Origin: Mobula birostris
Taxonomy: Eukaryota
Reading direction: 5' to 3'
Assembly: GCF_030028105.1 (NCBI RefSeq)
Contig: NC_092374.1
Coordinates: forward strand, 188,884,638 to 188,948,637
Length of the DNA stretch: 64,000 nt
Shown here: one piece after another, positions 38,801-50,627 of the stretch
Layout of the letters: every line of letters begins with the position of its first letter
Position numbering within the stretch: position 1 is the first letter of the stretch
Notes under the pieces: model-generated
The model's database searches: none
What the model saw: only the letters and a program-made list of their open reading frames with translations
Told to the model about the DNA's origin: nothing
Position numbers and translations under genes: made by a program

Positions 38801-41800
38801 AGAATGCACTCAAGCAAATAAAAATGGCCATGCAGTGCATTCCCATACTGGGCTGGGAGACCTCTAACGAGATTGCTAACCAGTCTGCTCAGTCACTGCC
38901 CACCACTGTGAGTGCTCGCATCACACGTTGTACTTAGTTCAAAAAAACAGAGTTTTTTTTTAGATGATCTCTTGTGGAACCCCTAGCAACCTCTCATGGA
39001 ACCCCGGTCAAGAAACTGTGCATTAGAGACACAACAGCACCCGATGTCAGAACTTCAGCTAAAATTTACTCACCTCTTCAAAAGGGCTTGAATATCCTGA
39101 GGGGAAAGAGAGAGAATAGGATTGAGTGAAACTGCAGTTGAAACTCTCTGGAAGGGTTGGAGTATGAAGGCTAGACACTCAACTAGAGGAAAGACTTAGG
39201 AACTAATTTGATTGTTTTCCACAGCAAAACCCTTCACTTCTCTACATCTCCCAATACTTGCTTCTCTTCTCAAAAATGCAACTGTTTGAACACCTACTTC
39301 CCTTCAATTATTCAGTTGAAATCAGCAAAACCCAAATCACAACAGTTTATCATCACTGTGACCACTTTGATCCCTTGCACTAAAATGAACTTTGTTTTAA
39401 TTATATTCTTCGCCACTTTCTAGGATCAGAAAATGCTGCAGAAGGTTGCAAACTCAGTCAGTTCTATCATGGGAACTTGCCTCCCCAGTATTGAGGACTT
39501 CTTTAAAAGGCAATGTATCAAAAAGATGGCATCCATTTTTTAAACAAAACAAAACACTGGAGGGTGGAGTGTCTCTGTCAGTGAGGCATCACTCCAGCTC
39601 TCTCTCTCTCTCTCTCTCTCGTGGTTGTGATGCAGTGATGCACCACACTGGGGAATGGGGACTAGCACAGGGTCTGTGGTTGGGTGGGAGTGCAGAGTGG
39701 TGAGGGACTGGGACCAGGCCTGGAATGGGACAACTGGGGACAAATGCGGGAGGTTGAAAGGCAGGGTAGTGGGATGCAGTGGAGGGGAAAGAAGGGGCAG
39801 AGGGTGTATTAGGGAAGAGCGAAGCACAGAGAGGGGGAAGAGAAAGGGACAGGGGAGGATGGGGAGGGGAAGGGAGATGAGGGAAGGAGGAGAAAGGTGG
39901 ATGATGTGAGACTGCATTGGTGGTGATATGATCAGAAGCAGCCGGGCAAATACAGAGTTGGTTGTTACACAAGGGAGAGGTAGGTGGGACCGGTTTTGGG
40001 AAAGGAGTATTTGGAGGAATGACATCATCTGTGCTTGTGCAGACACAGGAAACACGGGGTTGCCATTGTGATTCAGGACAGCCCATTCCTGGCCCCATTT
40101 CCACACACTTATTTAGACATACAGTGTGGAACAGGATGTTCCAGCCTGATGGGCCGCCCCACTGAGCAACCCAACAACTTTAACCCAGCCTAAACTAGCT
40201 CACTAACTGGTATGTCTTTGGACTGTCAGAGGAAACCCACATGCACATGGGAAGGATTACAGACTTTCTTTCTTACAGAGGACACTGGAACTCAACTCTG
40301 AACTCCAACACCTTGAGACGTAATAGCGCCACAGTCATCGCTATGCTACCATGCCACCCCACCTCCCATGGTATTTATCTGGGCTCAATCAATCCTCACC
40401 CCCATGGTGCTGACAGCACCTCCTGGTGATAATTCAAGCAATTGCTCTGGGATTTCCACACTCGGAGGATGATCTCCATTCCAGCAATCACACAGGGGTC
40501 AAACCCAGGGCCAGGATGGCAAGGGCAGGGTGTGAACCCACTGCTGGTTAGTCTCTGAATGTTTCTCAGTTTCTATTGAACTGACGGCACCCGGGAAACC
40601 AGTTGTAACCCTAGTTGCCCATATAATTAAATTCACTCACAGGTATTTAAGACAGTTTGGATCCCCAGACAAGAAAGTGACACATCCTGTACCTTGAGGA
40701 GCCCATGGGGATCGTCAATTTCCAATCTCACTTTTACACCTTGTATCACTGCTTCAAGGGAAGAGATTTCATCGATGGCTTTCTTTAAGTTGTTTTCCAG
40801 TTGTGTTAGGATTTTGTCCGCTTCTCTCTGCAGCTCTGCTTCCATCTGCTGCTGCCTCTCACGCAGGAACTGGTGCATCTTCTCAAATACAGCCCTGGTC
40901 TCACAGCTCCGTCCATCAACCTGGTCCTGGATCAGAGTGAGGTTAGCAGAGAGTCACTGGCCATACATAATTCATCTATTTCAATGTTTGATTTTCCAAA
41001 TAACAAATTTGGTGCTGCTTGGAGTGGTTATTTACACTGGGGTCAGGGTTGCTTTACTTTTTTAGAAGTAAAAAATGGGCGCTGATTGGAGTGAGGTCAG
41101 AGTAAACAATCATAGACAGAATAATTGACCAAAATCCAATCCCATGTATCTGACTGGATCTCTGGGATTGATCTCCATTCTGGAATCGAAGAGAGAACAA
41201 CATGCAGTGACGAGGACAGTTCAAGTTGTCCTTTGGGACTTCAGTAAAGTGACAAGATTCCACATGGGAGGATGCTTGGAAAGGTTACACCGTAGGATCT
41301 GGGGTGAGGTGGCAAATTGTATCTATATACTTGGCTTGGCAATATGAAGCAGATTGTTTTATTTTAGTGATTAGAAATTTGTGACCTGTGATGCGTCACA
41401 AATATCACCGATGGGAGTCCTACTGTTTTGTTCTCCAGATCACTTTGGATAGGAGTGTACAAGTTATGATTTGTAACTTTCCAGTTACATGAAAATACTT
41501 GTGTTGATAGAGTGGAGAACAGTGATAGCCTACAGGATGACATTGATCTGTTGGAAAATGAGGCAAAGCAGTGGCAATGGAATTTAATCTTTGGAAGTGT
41601 GAGGTGATGCACATGTGGTGGACTAATAAAGAGTTGGATATAGACAATAAAAGGCAACGACTTAGTCACATTCAAAATAATGGAGGAACTCAGAAGATCA
41701 GTCAGCATCTATAGAGGCAAAAGAATAGTCAAGGTTTCAGGTTGAGTCTCTTTATCATGACTGGGATATCCAGGGGTGAGGTACAGACTGGAATCTAATC

Positions 41801-44337
41801 AGTAGGTTCAGGGTGGTCTACATATAGAATAGTGGATCGCTGGACTATGTTGCAGACTGGGATCTAATCAATGGGTGCAGAGTGTTTTTTTTTAATTTTA
41901 AATAATGGATGCACAGGAGTGAGTTACAGGCTAGGATATAATCAAGGGATTCAGCTGGTATCCATACCAATCTGTCATGGTGAGCGCTGGTAATGACTGA
42001 ACCCAGGTCCGGAGGAACGACAGAGTCCCATGTAGAGAATGAATACAGAGTTAATACATTGGATTTCCAAAAGTGGCTCAAATGAATGACACCCTGAGAC
42101 AAAATGTTCTCAAAACTCGACCCACTTAAATAATCACAGAATGCAGAAAGGCTTTGCCAGTCAAAATCAATTTGTGAAGATTAAACTGAAAATACCAGGG
42201 ATTATTGACTCACGTCAAGACAACAATTCAAAAAGGGTCTCGGCCAGAAACGTCGACTGTACTTCTTCCCATAAATGCTACCTGGCCTGCTGTGTTCCAC
42301 CAGCATTTTGTGTGTGTTGCTTGAATTTCCAGCATCTGCAGATTTCCTCGTGTTTGCGTTTTTAAATTCACAATTTCAGCTGCTCGTTGTAACCTTCGGC
42401 GCACAGTGCCCTCTGACTCCCCCCACAGGCCAGACGAGCTCATTACATACAATGCTCAATATCTGGGAGCAAGAAAAGAGCTGGAGTCTGATAAAGAGGT
42501 TACGTGGTTTATATGTAAAATACTGGATACCCAGATGCTTCAGATTCCAGCATCTATAGTCTCTCGCATCTCCAAAGTGTACCCAGGGGTTGGGTGAGCA
42601 GTAAGGTATGTTTAGATGGAGGCAGGGATCAAGTAACAGTGGACATTTCACAACTTCTCATGTCAAATGATAAGGTCAGATGATGAAAATAGTCCACACA
42701 TTCCTTTCATTGTAGTTATTATTTACAGTCAGCTGCTTATATTTTGCTGTGGGACAGCATCGTACAGCTGGAAGGGGCCTGTCACTATCAGTCTCTTTAT
42801 TTATTTATTGAAATACAGCATCGAAAAAGTCCTTCGAGCCATGACGCTCAGCAACCCCGATTAACCCTAACCTAATCAGCAATTTACAATCACCAATTAG
42901 ATTACCAATTGAAACGTCTTGTCTTTGGACTGTGGGAGGAAATTGGACACTCAGCCCAGGGAGCCAACCACAATCACCGAACGTTTCCTTACCTTCAGCT
43001 GCCGGATCGCAGTCTCCCCTTCCTGATTACTCCGAACACTCTGATTCATTTGCTCTTGCAGAAGCTTCAGTGATTCTTCCAACTTTTCCTGAAAATCAGA
43101 AGATACAGAAGATCTGAGAAAGGAGCCTGCCGAAGCTGCTGACCGAAGTGGGGAGGCGGGCAGAGGACTGGGGGGTAATCCCTGAACCCCTGGGAGAAAT
43201 AGAATCATTCTCTCAAACCTTCCCACCAGTCATGGTCACCTCCCCTTCACCCTTCATCTCCCAGTCCCTCTCTCTCATTCCCTTCCTCAATATTGTCCAT
43301 ATCCCACTCTGCCCCTCCCCCACCATGCTGCATTTTCCCCATTCTCCCCACCTCCCTCCTATTGGATCGTCTCCAATCTGATTCAGTTGAGGTGAGTGAA
43401 GTTATCCACACTGCTTCAGGAGCCTGACTGACCTGGTGACTAGTACCTCTCGTACCTCCTTCCCAATGGCAGCAGCCAGAGAGCATGGTCTGGGTGAGAA
43501 CCCATCTCCCCTCCCTTGCAGCCTCTCAGCTGTCAGACATCCCTCAACTACACTCCTCTTCCCGCCTCTCACCCCCTCCCCATTCCTTCCTTTACACTTG
43601 ACCTTTTCTTCATTCCCTTTCTCTTGCCATATTCTCCGATTTTCTTCCCGTTCAAAACGTCTTTTCCTTCGTTCTCAAACATCTCTCTTATCCACCGCCC
43701 AACGTTGTTAGTCCAACTCCGTCATGCCCTGGAATCGTCCTGTTTCTAAACAGGACAATCCCGTATCTCCTGCTCAGTCCCTATCGTTTTCCTTCCTCCC
43801 CGACCTTCGTCGCCCTCTCTCTGCGCTCTCCACCCCTCAAAGTTTCCCTTCTCCGTCTCCCTGTACTTTCAGCACTTACCCACCCGCCCCTCTCCCCGAC
43901 CGCACGGCGGTGAGTTCAGGCGGGCGATCTCGCACTTTGTTCGTCTGGGCTGCCTCCTTTATCGGGATGACATTGTGCATCTTGTGCTGCGCAGGCAGGC
44001 CACACACCACGCAGATCATCTCCTGTTCCTCCTGGCAGAACAGTTTCAGCTTCTCGTCGTGCTCCCGGCAGACAAACTCCTCCTTCTGCTCGACCGCCCC
44101 CACCCTCAGCTGCCTGACCTGCTCCGCGATGTTGCTCAGGATGTGAGCGGGCGTGGTGTTCCTCTGGGCGAACACCTGCCGGCACTGAAGGCAGGAGACA
44201 TCCCCCGAGACCCTCTCCCAAACCTGAGAGATGCACATTGCGCAAAAGTGATGTCCGCACCCCAGAGAGACCGGATCGGTGAACACCTCCAGACAAACGG
44301 GACACGTTAGTTCCTGGTCGAAGATTGCAAAAGCCAT
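32360..44337 (-). CDS. TRIM E3 ligase copy C, complete RING/B-box/coiled-coil/PRY-SPRY protein, 466 aa
   Basis: Exons 44337-43936, 43088-42993, 40926-40693, 39096-39074, 36160-36042 and 32886-32360; open frame with GT-AG boundaries. Confidence 0.9.
32926..33600 (+). mobile_element. Penelope-like 3' fragment (same insertion as 14761-15332)
   Basis: Same position and tggaac duplication as in copy B. Confidence 0.75.
35203..35929 (-). mobile_element. Rex1/Babar-like LINE 3' fragment
   Basis: YFLRQLRKYNL..WFGS..DPSHPGHHLFQLLPSGRRFR motifs with an (ATTCTG)n tail. Absent from copy B intron 5. Confidence 0.8.
36042..36160 (-). CDS. Copy C exon 5 (119 nt)
   Basis: CELPVSSPG...SLKVWKEMRAVVSP with AG/GT boundaries. 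Confidence 0.87.
37010..39020 (-). mobile_element. Degenerate hAT/Charlie transposon in intron 4 of copy C
   Basis: FWISV...LLQFSTSYMCQQAFS (hAT C-terminal dimerisation-like) and LLLHVEIQWLHRG motifs. Confidence 0.75.
39074..39096 (-). CDS. Copy C exon 4 (23 nt)
   Basis: Identical microexon and splice sites. Confidence 0.85.
40693..40926 (-). CDS. Copy C exon 3 (coiled-coil, 234 nt)
   Basis: FEKMHQFLRERQQQMEAEL with AG/GT boundaries. Confidence 0.88.
42993..43088 (-). CDS. Copy C exon 2 (96 nt)
   Basis: EKLEESLKLLQEQMNQSVRSNQEGETAIRQLK, donor GTAAGG. Confidence 0.88.
43936..44337 (-). CDS. Copy C exon 1 (RING + B-box2)
   Basis: MAFAIFDQELTCPVC...CLQC with intact zinc ligands. Confidence 0.92.
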
Positions 44338-44362
44338 CTTGGTCCTCTCTTCCCTACTCGGA

Positions 44363-44374
44363 ACTTTCTTTTTC
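44363..44374 (-). promoter_or_regulatory. ISRE-like GAAAAAGAAAGT upstream of the copy C ATG
   Basis: Same position as the copy B ISRE and fits GAAANNGAAA. Confidence 0.4.
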
Positions 44375-44506
44375 AATCTGAATAAGCACTTCCTAAGGCT
44401 GCAGACGTGGAATTGCTATTTTATATTGCCACAAGTCCCGAGCCTGTCTTGCAGACTCTTCACACAGATCAGACCATTTCACCGCGTATAGAGGTAGAAC
44501 AGTAAC

Positions 44507-45696
44507 AGTCATAGTCATAGTCATACTTTATTGATCCCGGGTGAAATTGGTTTTCGTTACAGTTGCACCATAAATAATTTAATAGTAATAAAACCATAAA
44601 TAATTAAATAGTAATGTGTAAATTATGCCAGGAAATAAGTCCAGGACCAGCCTATTGGCTCAAGGTGTCTGACCCTCCAAGGGAGGAGTTGTAAAGTTTG
44701 ATGGCCACAGGCAGGAATGACTTCCTATGACGCTCTGTGTTGCATCTTGGTGGAATGAGTCTCTGGCTGAATGTACTCCTGTGTCCAACCAGTACATTAT
44801 GTAGTGGATGGGAGACATTGTCCAACATGGCATGCAACTTGGACAGCATCTTCTTTTCAGACACGACTGTCAGAGAGCCCAGTTCCATCCCCACAACATC
44901 ACTGGCCTTACGAATGAGTTTGTTGATTCTGTTGGTGTCTGTTACCCTCAGCCTGCTGCCCCAGCACACAACAGCAAACATGATCGCACTGGCCACCACA
45001 GACTCGTAGAACATCCTCAGCATCATCCAGCAGATGTTAAAGGACCTCAGTCTCCTCAGGAAATAGAGATGGCTCTGACCCTTCTTGTAGACAGCCTCAG
45101 TGTTCTTTGACCAGTCCAGTTTATTGTCAATTCGTATCCCCAGGTATTTGTAATCCACCACCATGTCCACACTGACCCCCTGGATGGAAACAGGGATCAC
45201 CGGAACCTTAGCTCTCCTCAGGTCTACCACCAGCTCCTTAGTCTTCTTCACATTAAGCTGCAGATAATTCTACTCACACCATGTGACAAAGTTTCCTACC
45301 GTAGCCCTGTACTCAGCCTCATCTCCCTTGCTGATACATCCAACTATGGCAGAGTCATCAGAAAACTTCTGAAGATGGCAAGACTCTGTGAAGCAGTTGA
45401 AGTCCGAGGTGTAAGTGGTGAAGAGAAAGGGAAACAAGACAGTCCCCTGTGGTGCCCCAGTGCTGCTGATCACTCTGTCGGACACACAGTGTTGCAAGCA
45501 CACGTACTGTGGTCTGCCAGCCAGGTAATCAAGAATCCATGACACCAGGAAAGCATCCACCTGCATCGCTGTCAGCTTCTCCCCCAGCAGAGCAGGGCGG
45601 ATGGTGTTGAACGCACTGGAGAAGTCAAAAAACATGACCCTCACAGTGCTCGCTGGCTTGTCCAGGTGGGCGTAGACACAGCTCAGCAGGTAGACG
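44507..45696 (-). mobile_element. 5'-truncated Rex1/Babar-like LINE (RT and C-terminal region)
   Basis: VRVMFFDFSSAFNTI, GAPQG, KFSDD, KTKELVVD, YKYLG and LYFLRRLRSFN motifs; AATAAAG plus (TATGAC)n tail. Confidence 0.9.
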
Positions 45697-46260
45697 AATG
45701 CAGAATAAAGTGTAACAGCTGCAGAGAAAGGGCAGTGCAGGTAAGCAATAAGGTGAAAAGTCATAACGCGGTAGATCGGGACTTCAAGACTCTGTACTTA
45801 AGTGTTTCTGCAGATACGCAGCAGAGAGCATGCTAACATATTGTTATCACGGAATGGTATGGAAGTGGCACTGCAGCGGGCGGAAGACTTTGTAACGGTT
45901 TGTTAAAAGTACGCATCGACAACAGCCTCCTCACCATCAATGACCTATATGCAGAAAGGTCCCAGAAAAGGGCCTGAAGTATGAAGGATTCCACCCACCG
46001 TTTGCCCCACTCCCATGAGGGAGGATGCTGCGTAGCATCCAACCAGGACCACTGGTCTCAGGAACTGTTTCTTTCCGCAATCAGTAAGGCTGATCAACAC
46101 CTCCAGACATTTACCCCACATCTTCCCCCACCCCAGCACCACTACTTTATCATTTCCTCTCAGTCATCTCGTGCTCAGCGTCACTTTCAACCTTTGTGTG
46201 TGAGCTCTCTTTTGTATTTATATCTAATCTTTTTTAAAAAAATGTCTTTGTCTTATTGGG

Positions 46261-46466
46261 GGTGCCAGTGGTGTAGTGGTATCCGCAAAAGGACTCTGGA
46301 ACAAGAGGTAACACACATAAAAGTTGCTGGTGAACGCAGCAGGCCAGGCAGCATCTCTAGGAAGAGGTGCAGTCGACGTTTCAGGCCGAGACCCTTTGTC
46401 AGGTCGTCAAGACCCTTCCTGTTGTTTCCAGAACAAGAGGTCCCGGGCTCCAATCCGGCTGAAGCC
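46261..46466 (+). mobile_element. tRNA-derived SINE head interrupted by a short Penelope terminal fragment
   Basis: A-box TGGTGTAGTGG and degenerate B-box GGCTCCAATCC. The insert at 46310-46430 is flanked by an 11-bp duplication gaacaagaggt. Confidence 0.55.
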
Positions 46467-46486
46467 TTTCTCGCTTTCCATCCATA

Positions 46487-46555
46487 AGACAAACGGGACA
46501 CGTTAGTTCCTGGCCGAAGATTGCAGAAGCCATCTTTGTCCACTCTCCCCTGCTA
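46487..46555 (-). pseudogene. Orphan ~70-bp fragment of the TRIM exon 1 start (MASAIFGQELTCPVCL)
   Basis: Clear homology to 44291-44357; ATG at 46533; truncated after the first RING CxxC. Confidence 0.8.
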
Positions 46556-48453
46556 CCTTGTAACACAGCCAAACGCTGAAGCAACAGCAAGGTCACCGCC
46601 CGATGCGCCAAACAGGACGCAGGGAGGAATATGACCCTTTTTCCCTTTTTATTTTTCAGTGATGCATCAAACCCAGAGTAACAATTAATCTGTTCCTCTT
46701 TACATCGGTGTACTGGAAATAACATTAAACTATCTTGAATCTTACACCTGCGAGCCCGTTAATAATTTTATAACTGGCACAGAGGCTGGTGGTACATGCT
46801 TTCAGACTTTCGTACATTCTGCTCGATGAGAGCGAGGAGTTCGCGAGACCATGCTGAAACTCAGAAGAATGAGAGAACTGAGAGCAGTATATTTTTCTTT
46901 TTTAAATTTTAATAGAATCATATTTTAACAAAATAAACTTTATTCATAATAAAATATTTACAAGATTGAACCATGCGATGAGCTTTCATTTGTTACATTT
47001 GCTGTCAATGCTTTCCGAACTGATGTCTATGAATGATATGATTCGCATTCACACTCCCCAACAGCCCTGCTGCCAGTCCTGTGGCTCTCCAGCACGGTAT
47101 ACTGCTACGATAATTGAAGGGCTTCCTCGACCCACGCTGCCCCTCCCTCTCCAGTATGAAAAGACCCTGACACTGTGTTCCTGTCCCACCGAACCCTCAG
47201 GGTGGCTGCAATGAGTGTCAGTGCATCCCTCAGCACGTACTCCTGCGGCCTGGAATGTGCCAGTCGACAGCATCCCTCACGGACACCTCGATGTGCTGGC
47301 AGATAAAGTGATGTAAAGGAGAGATGAGACAAAGGAATGCAAGTTATTTCCAATGGTCAGTGAGACTGGAACTAGGGGATATAGGCTCAAGATTAGGGGA
47401 AGCAAATTCATGACAGAGATAAGGAGAAGCTGATTTTCCCAGACAGTGGTGAATCTGGCATTCTTTGCCCAGGAAAGCTGTAAAGGCTACCTCATTAAAT
47501 AAATATTAAGATACAGTTATAGATATTTGCATCGGAAGGGAATTAGGGTGATGGGGAAATGGCAGGTAGGGGGAGGTACAACTCCCTCATAGAAGGTCAA
47601 AGATCTCGGGAACTCTCTTCCTCAAAGGTCATAAAAGAGGAATTTTCAAAACAGTCTTAGGATGGCAGCAAAAGGCAAAAGGTTACCATGATCAGGTGGG
47701 ACTGCAGAGTTGAACTGATCAGCTACGACCCTGTTGATCAAGGAACAACTTTGTTCACCAGATACATTTCCATGTATTGGGAATTTGCTGTGGTGTGTTG
47801 ATCAGGATGTGACATGAAACCGAGAACAGCAACAATCTGCAATAATATAAAATTATGTAAACCATAAACTTAGAGGTGAAATACGAATAAGAAATAAAAT
47901 GTTTGTAAATACACAAATGCCAGCCTGTATTTACAATGTAAACAGGATGATAAAATGTGCTTGAAAGTCTTTACAGTGCAGTGCAGTGATGGGGGTAATA
48001 CACAGATGAGGTGTGGAGGCTCCGAGACTGGTTGATCAGATTAACTGTATAATGGGAGAAAAATGATTTTAATAGCACCATGGAGTTTTACAGATTTTCC
48101 TGCCCACGTGCCAATATGGCAATACAGGACTGAGTGGACAAATGGTCTAAACCTGTTCTTCTACCTCGAGCCCTCCTTGTAAAAATAACCTCCTGTCTCG
48201 GGGTAAAGCAGTTCTCCTGAATTCCTCGGCTGATTGACTGTGGGCTAATTATTTTGAGCCTGTGGTGACAGGCTTGCTGTGGTCATATTCCACACAGACA
48301 CCAGGTGACAGGGTTGCAATTCCTGTTTTGACCCTGTGTGACCAGAGACAAGTCTGCAGACATGGAATTGCTGTCGGCTTCTTATTGTCACGTGTACTGA
48401 GATACAGAGAAAACCTTGTCCTGCATACTCTTCATACAGTTCACATCATTAGA

Positions 48454-49881
48454 CAAACCCCATTTCCAGAAAAGTTGGGATATTTTCCAAAATGCAATAA
48501 AAACCAAAATCTGTGATATGTTAATTCATGTGAACCTTTATTTAACTGACAAAAGTACAAAGAAAAGATTTTCAATAGTTTTACTGACCAACTTAATTGT
48601 ATTTTGTAAATATACACAAATTTAGAATTTGATGGCTGCAACACACTCAACAAAAGTTGGGACAGAGTTAAAATAAGATTGAAAAGTGCACAGAATATTC
48701 AAGTAACACCGGTTTGGAAGACTCCACATTAAGCAGAGAATTTAGGTCTTTCAACATCTACAGTACATAATATTGTGAAAAGATTCAGAGACCTCTCAGT
48801 GCGTAAAGGGCAAGGTTGGAAACAACTGTTGAATGCGCGTGATCTTCAAGCCCTCAGGCGGCACTGCCTAAGAAACCGTCATGCTACTGTGCCAATTATA
48901 GCCACCTGGGCTCGGGAGTACTTTGGAAAACCATTGTCACTCAACACAGTCCGTTGTTGCATCCAGAAATGCAACTTGAAACTGTATTACGCAAGGAGGA
49001 AGCCATACATCAACTCTATGCAGAAACATCGGTGAGTTCTCTGGGCCCGAGCTCATCTCAGATGGACCGAAAGACTGTGGAACCGTGTGCTGTGGTCAGA
49101 TGAGTCCACATTTCAGCTAGTTTTCAGAAAAAACGGGCGTCAAGTTCTCCGTGCCAAAGATGAAAATGACCATCCAGATTGTTATCAGTGAAAGGTGCAA
49201 AAGCCAGCATCTGTGATGGTATGGGGGTGCATCAGTGCCCACGGCATGGGTGAGTTGCATGCACGTGAAGGTACCATTGACTCTGAGTCACATATTAGGA
49301 TTTTAGAGAGACATATGTTGCCATCAAGGCGACGTCTCTTCCCGGGACATCCATGCTTATTTCAGCAGGGCAATGCCAGACCACATTCTGCACGGGCTAC
49401 AACAGCGTGGCTTTGTAGACACAGAGTGCGTGTGCTTGACTGGCCTGCTGCCAGTCCAGATCTATCTCCTATTGAAAATGTATGGCCCATCATGAAGAGG
49501 AGAATCAGACAATGGAGATCACGGACTGTTGAGCAGCTGAAGTCTTATATCAAGCAAGAACGGACAAAATTTCCAACTGCAAATCTACTACAATTAGTAT
49601 TCTCAGTTCCAAAACAATTAAAAAGTGTTATTAAAAAGAAAGGTGATGTAACACAATGGTAAACACGCCTCTGTCCCAACTTTCGTTGAGTGTGTTGCAG
49701 CTATGAAATTCTAAATTTGTGTATATTTACAAAATATAATTAAGTTGGTCAGTAAAACTATTGAAAATCTTTTCTTTGTACTTTTGCAGTTAAATAAAGA
49801 TTCACGGGAATTAACATATCACAGATTTTTGTTTCTATTGCTTTTTGGAAAATATCCCAACTTTTCTGGAAATGGGGTTTG
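48454..49881 (+). mobile_element. Tc1/mariner (DD34E, IR/DR-type) transposon, inactive
   Basis: ~213-bp terminal inverted repeats with internal aaaagttggga direct repeats and TA on the right flank. WSDES, VWGCIS, FQQGNARPH (second D changed to G) and SPDLSPIENVW motifs with in-frame stops. Confidence 0.93.
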
Positions 49882-50347
49882 TAGATCAAAGTTCAACAGT
49901 TACAGAGAAACAATAAGTGGCAAGTTCATAACGAGGTTGATTGTGAGGTCAAGAGTCTATGCTACCTAAGCAGTGAACCAGCTACTTGTCTTATAACCGT
50001 GGTACAGAAGCTGTCCTTCAGCCTGTCCTTGGTGGTAGGTTTTTGAATCTTTCAGGCTTTTGAATCTTTGGTCCCATGGGAGGGAGGAGCCCTGTGAAAC
50101 TCACTGGAAGAATGGGGGAGATTTCACAGCATTTCTGAAAATGGGAGAAAACTGGACTTGAAACACTAGGAACTAAAAAGATTCTCCCTGCAAAGGTTAG
50201 TCAACTGTTTCTTCCTGTCTCCTGTACCTTTCCGTCCAGCATCCCAATAATCTACTGGACTGATACCAGGATGAAGTGGGTTGTCTCAGGACAAAGTGTG
50301 CTGGAGGATTGGGAAGTCAAAAAAAAAGCAACTGCATTTCCTGGAGA

Positions 50348-50627
50348 GTGTGGCGCGTGGCCAAGTGGTTCAGATTGTGAGCCAACTGGGCTCACAATCT
50401 GAAGGTCATGGGTTCAAGTCTCAGCCAGGGCAGCATGTTGTGTCTTTGAGCAACGCACTTAACCCCACACTGCTCCAGTCCACCCAGCTGAAAATGGGTA
50501 CCGGCAAATGCTGGCGTCCTATCCGGGGGGTGGGGGGCTGGGAAGTCTCATACTCTCAGTCGCTTCATGCCACAGAAACCAGCGTAAGCACACAAAGCCA
50601 CAAAGCTCCTGACAGAGTTTGACTTTG
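50348..50627 (+). mobile_element. tRNA-derived SINE (Meta/V-SINE-like central domain)
   Basis: A-box TGGCCAAGTGG, B-box GGTTCAAGTC, GTGTCTTTGAGCAA..CACTTAACCC..AATGGGTACC core and a 12-bp TSD atttcctggaga. Confidence 0.8.

Noticed and set aside
46261-46466. Functional tRNA (Gln-like) gene
   Set aside because: Interrupted, with a degenerate B-box and poor stems; better explained as a SINE head. The same applies to 50348.
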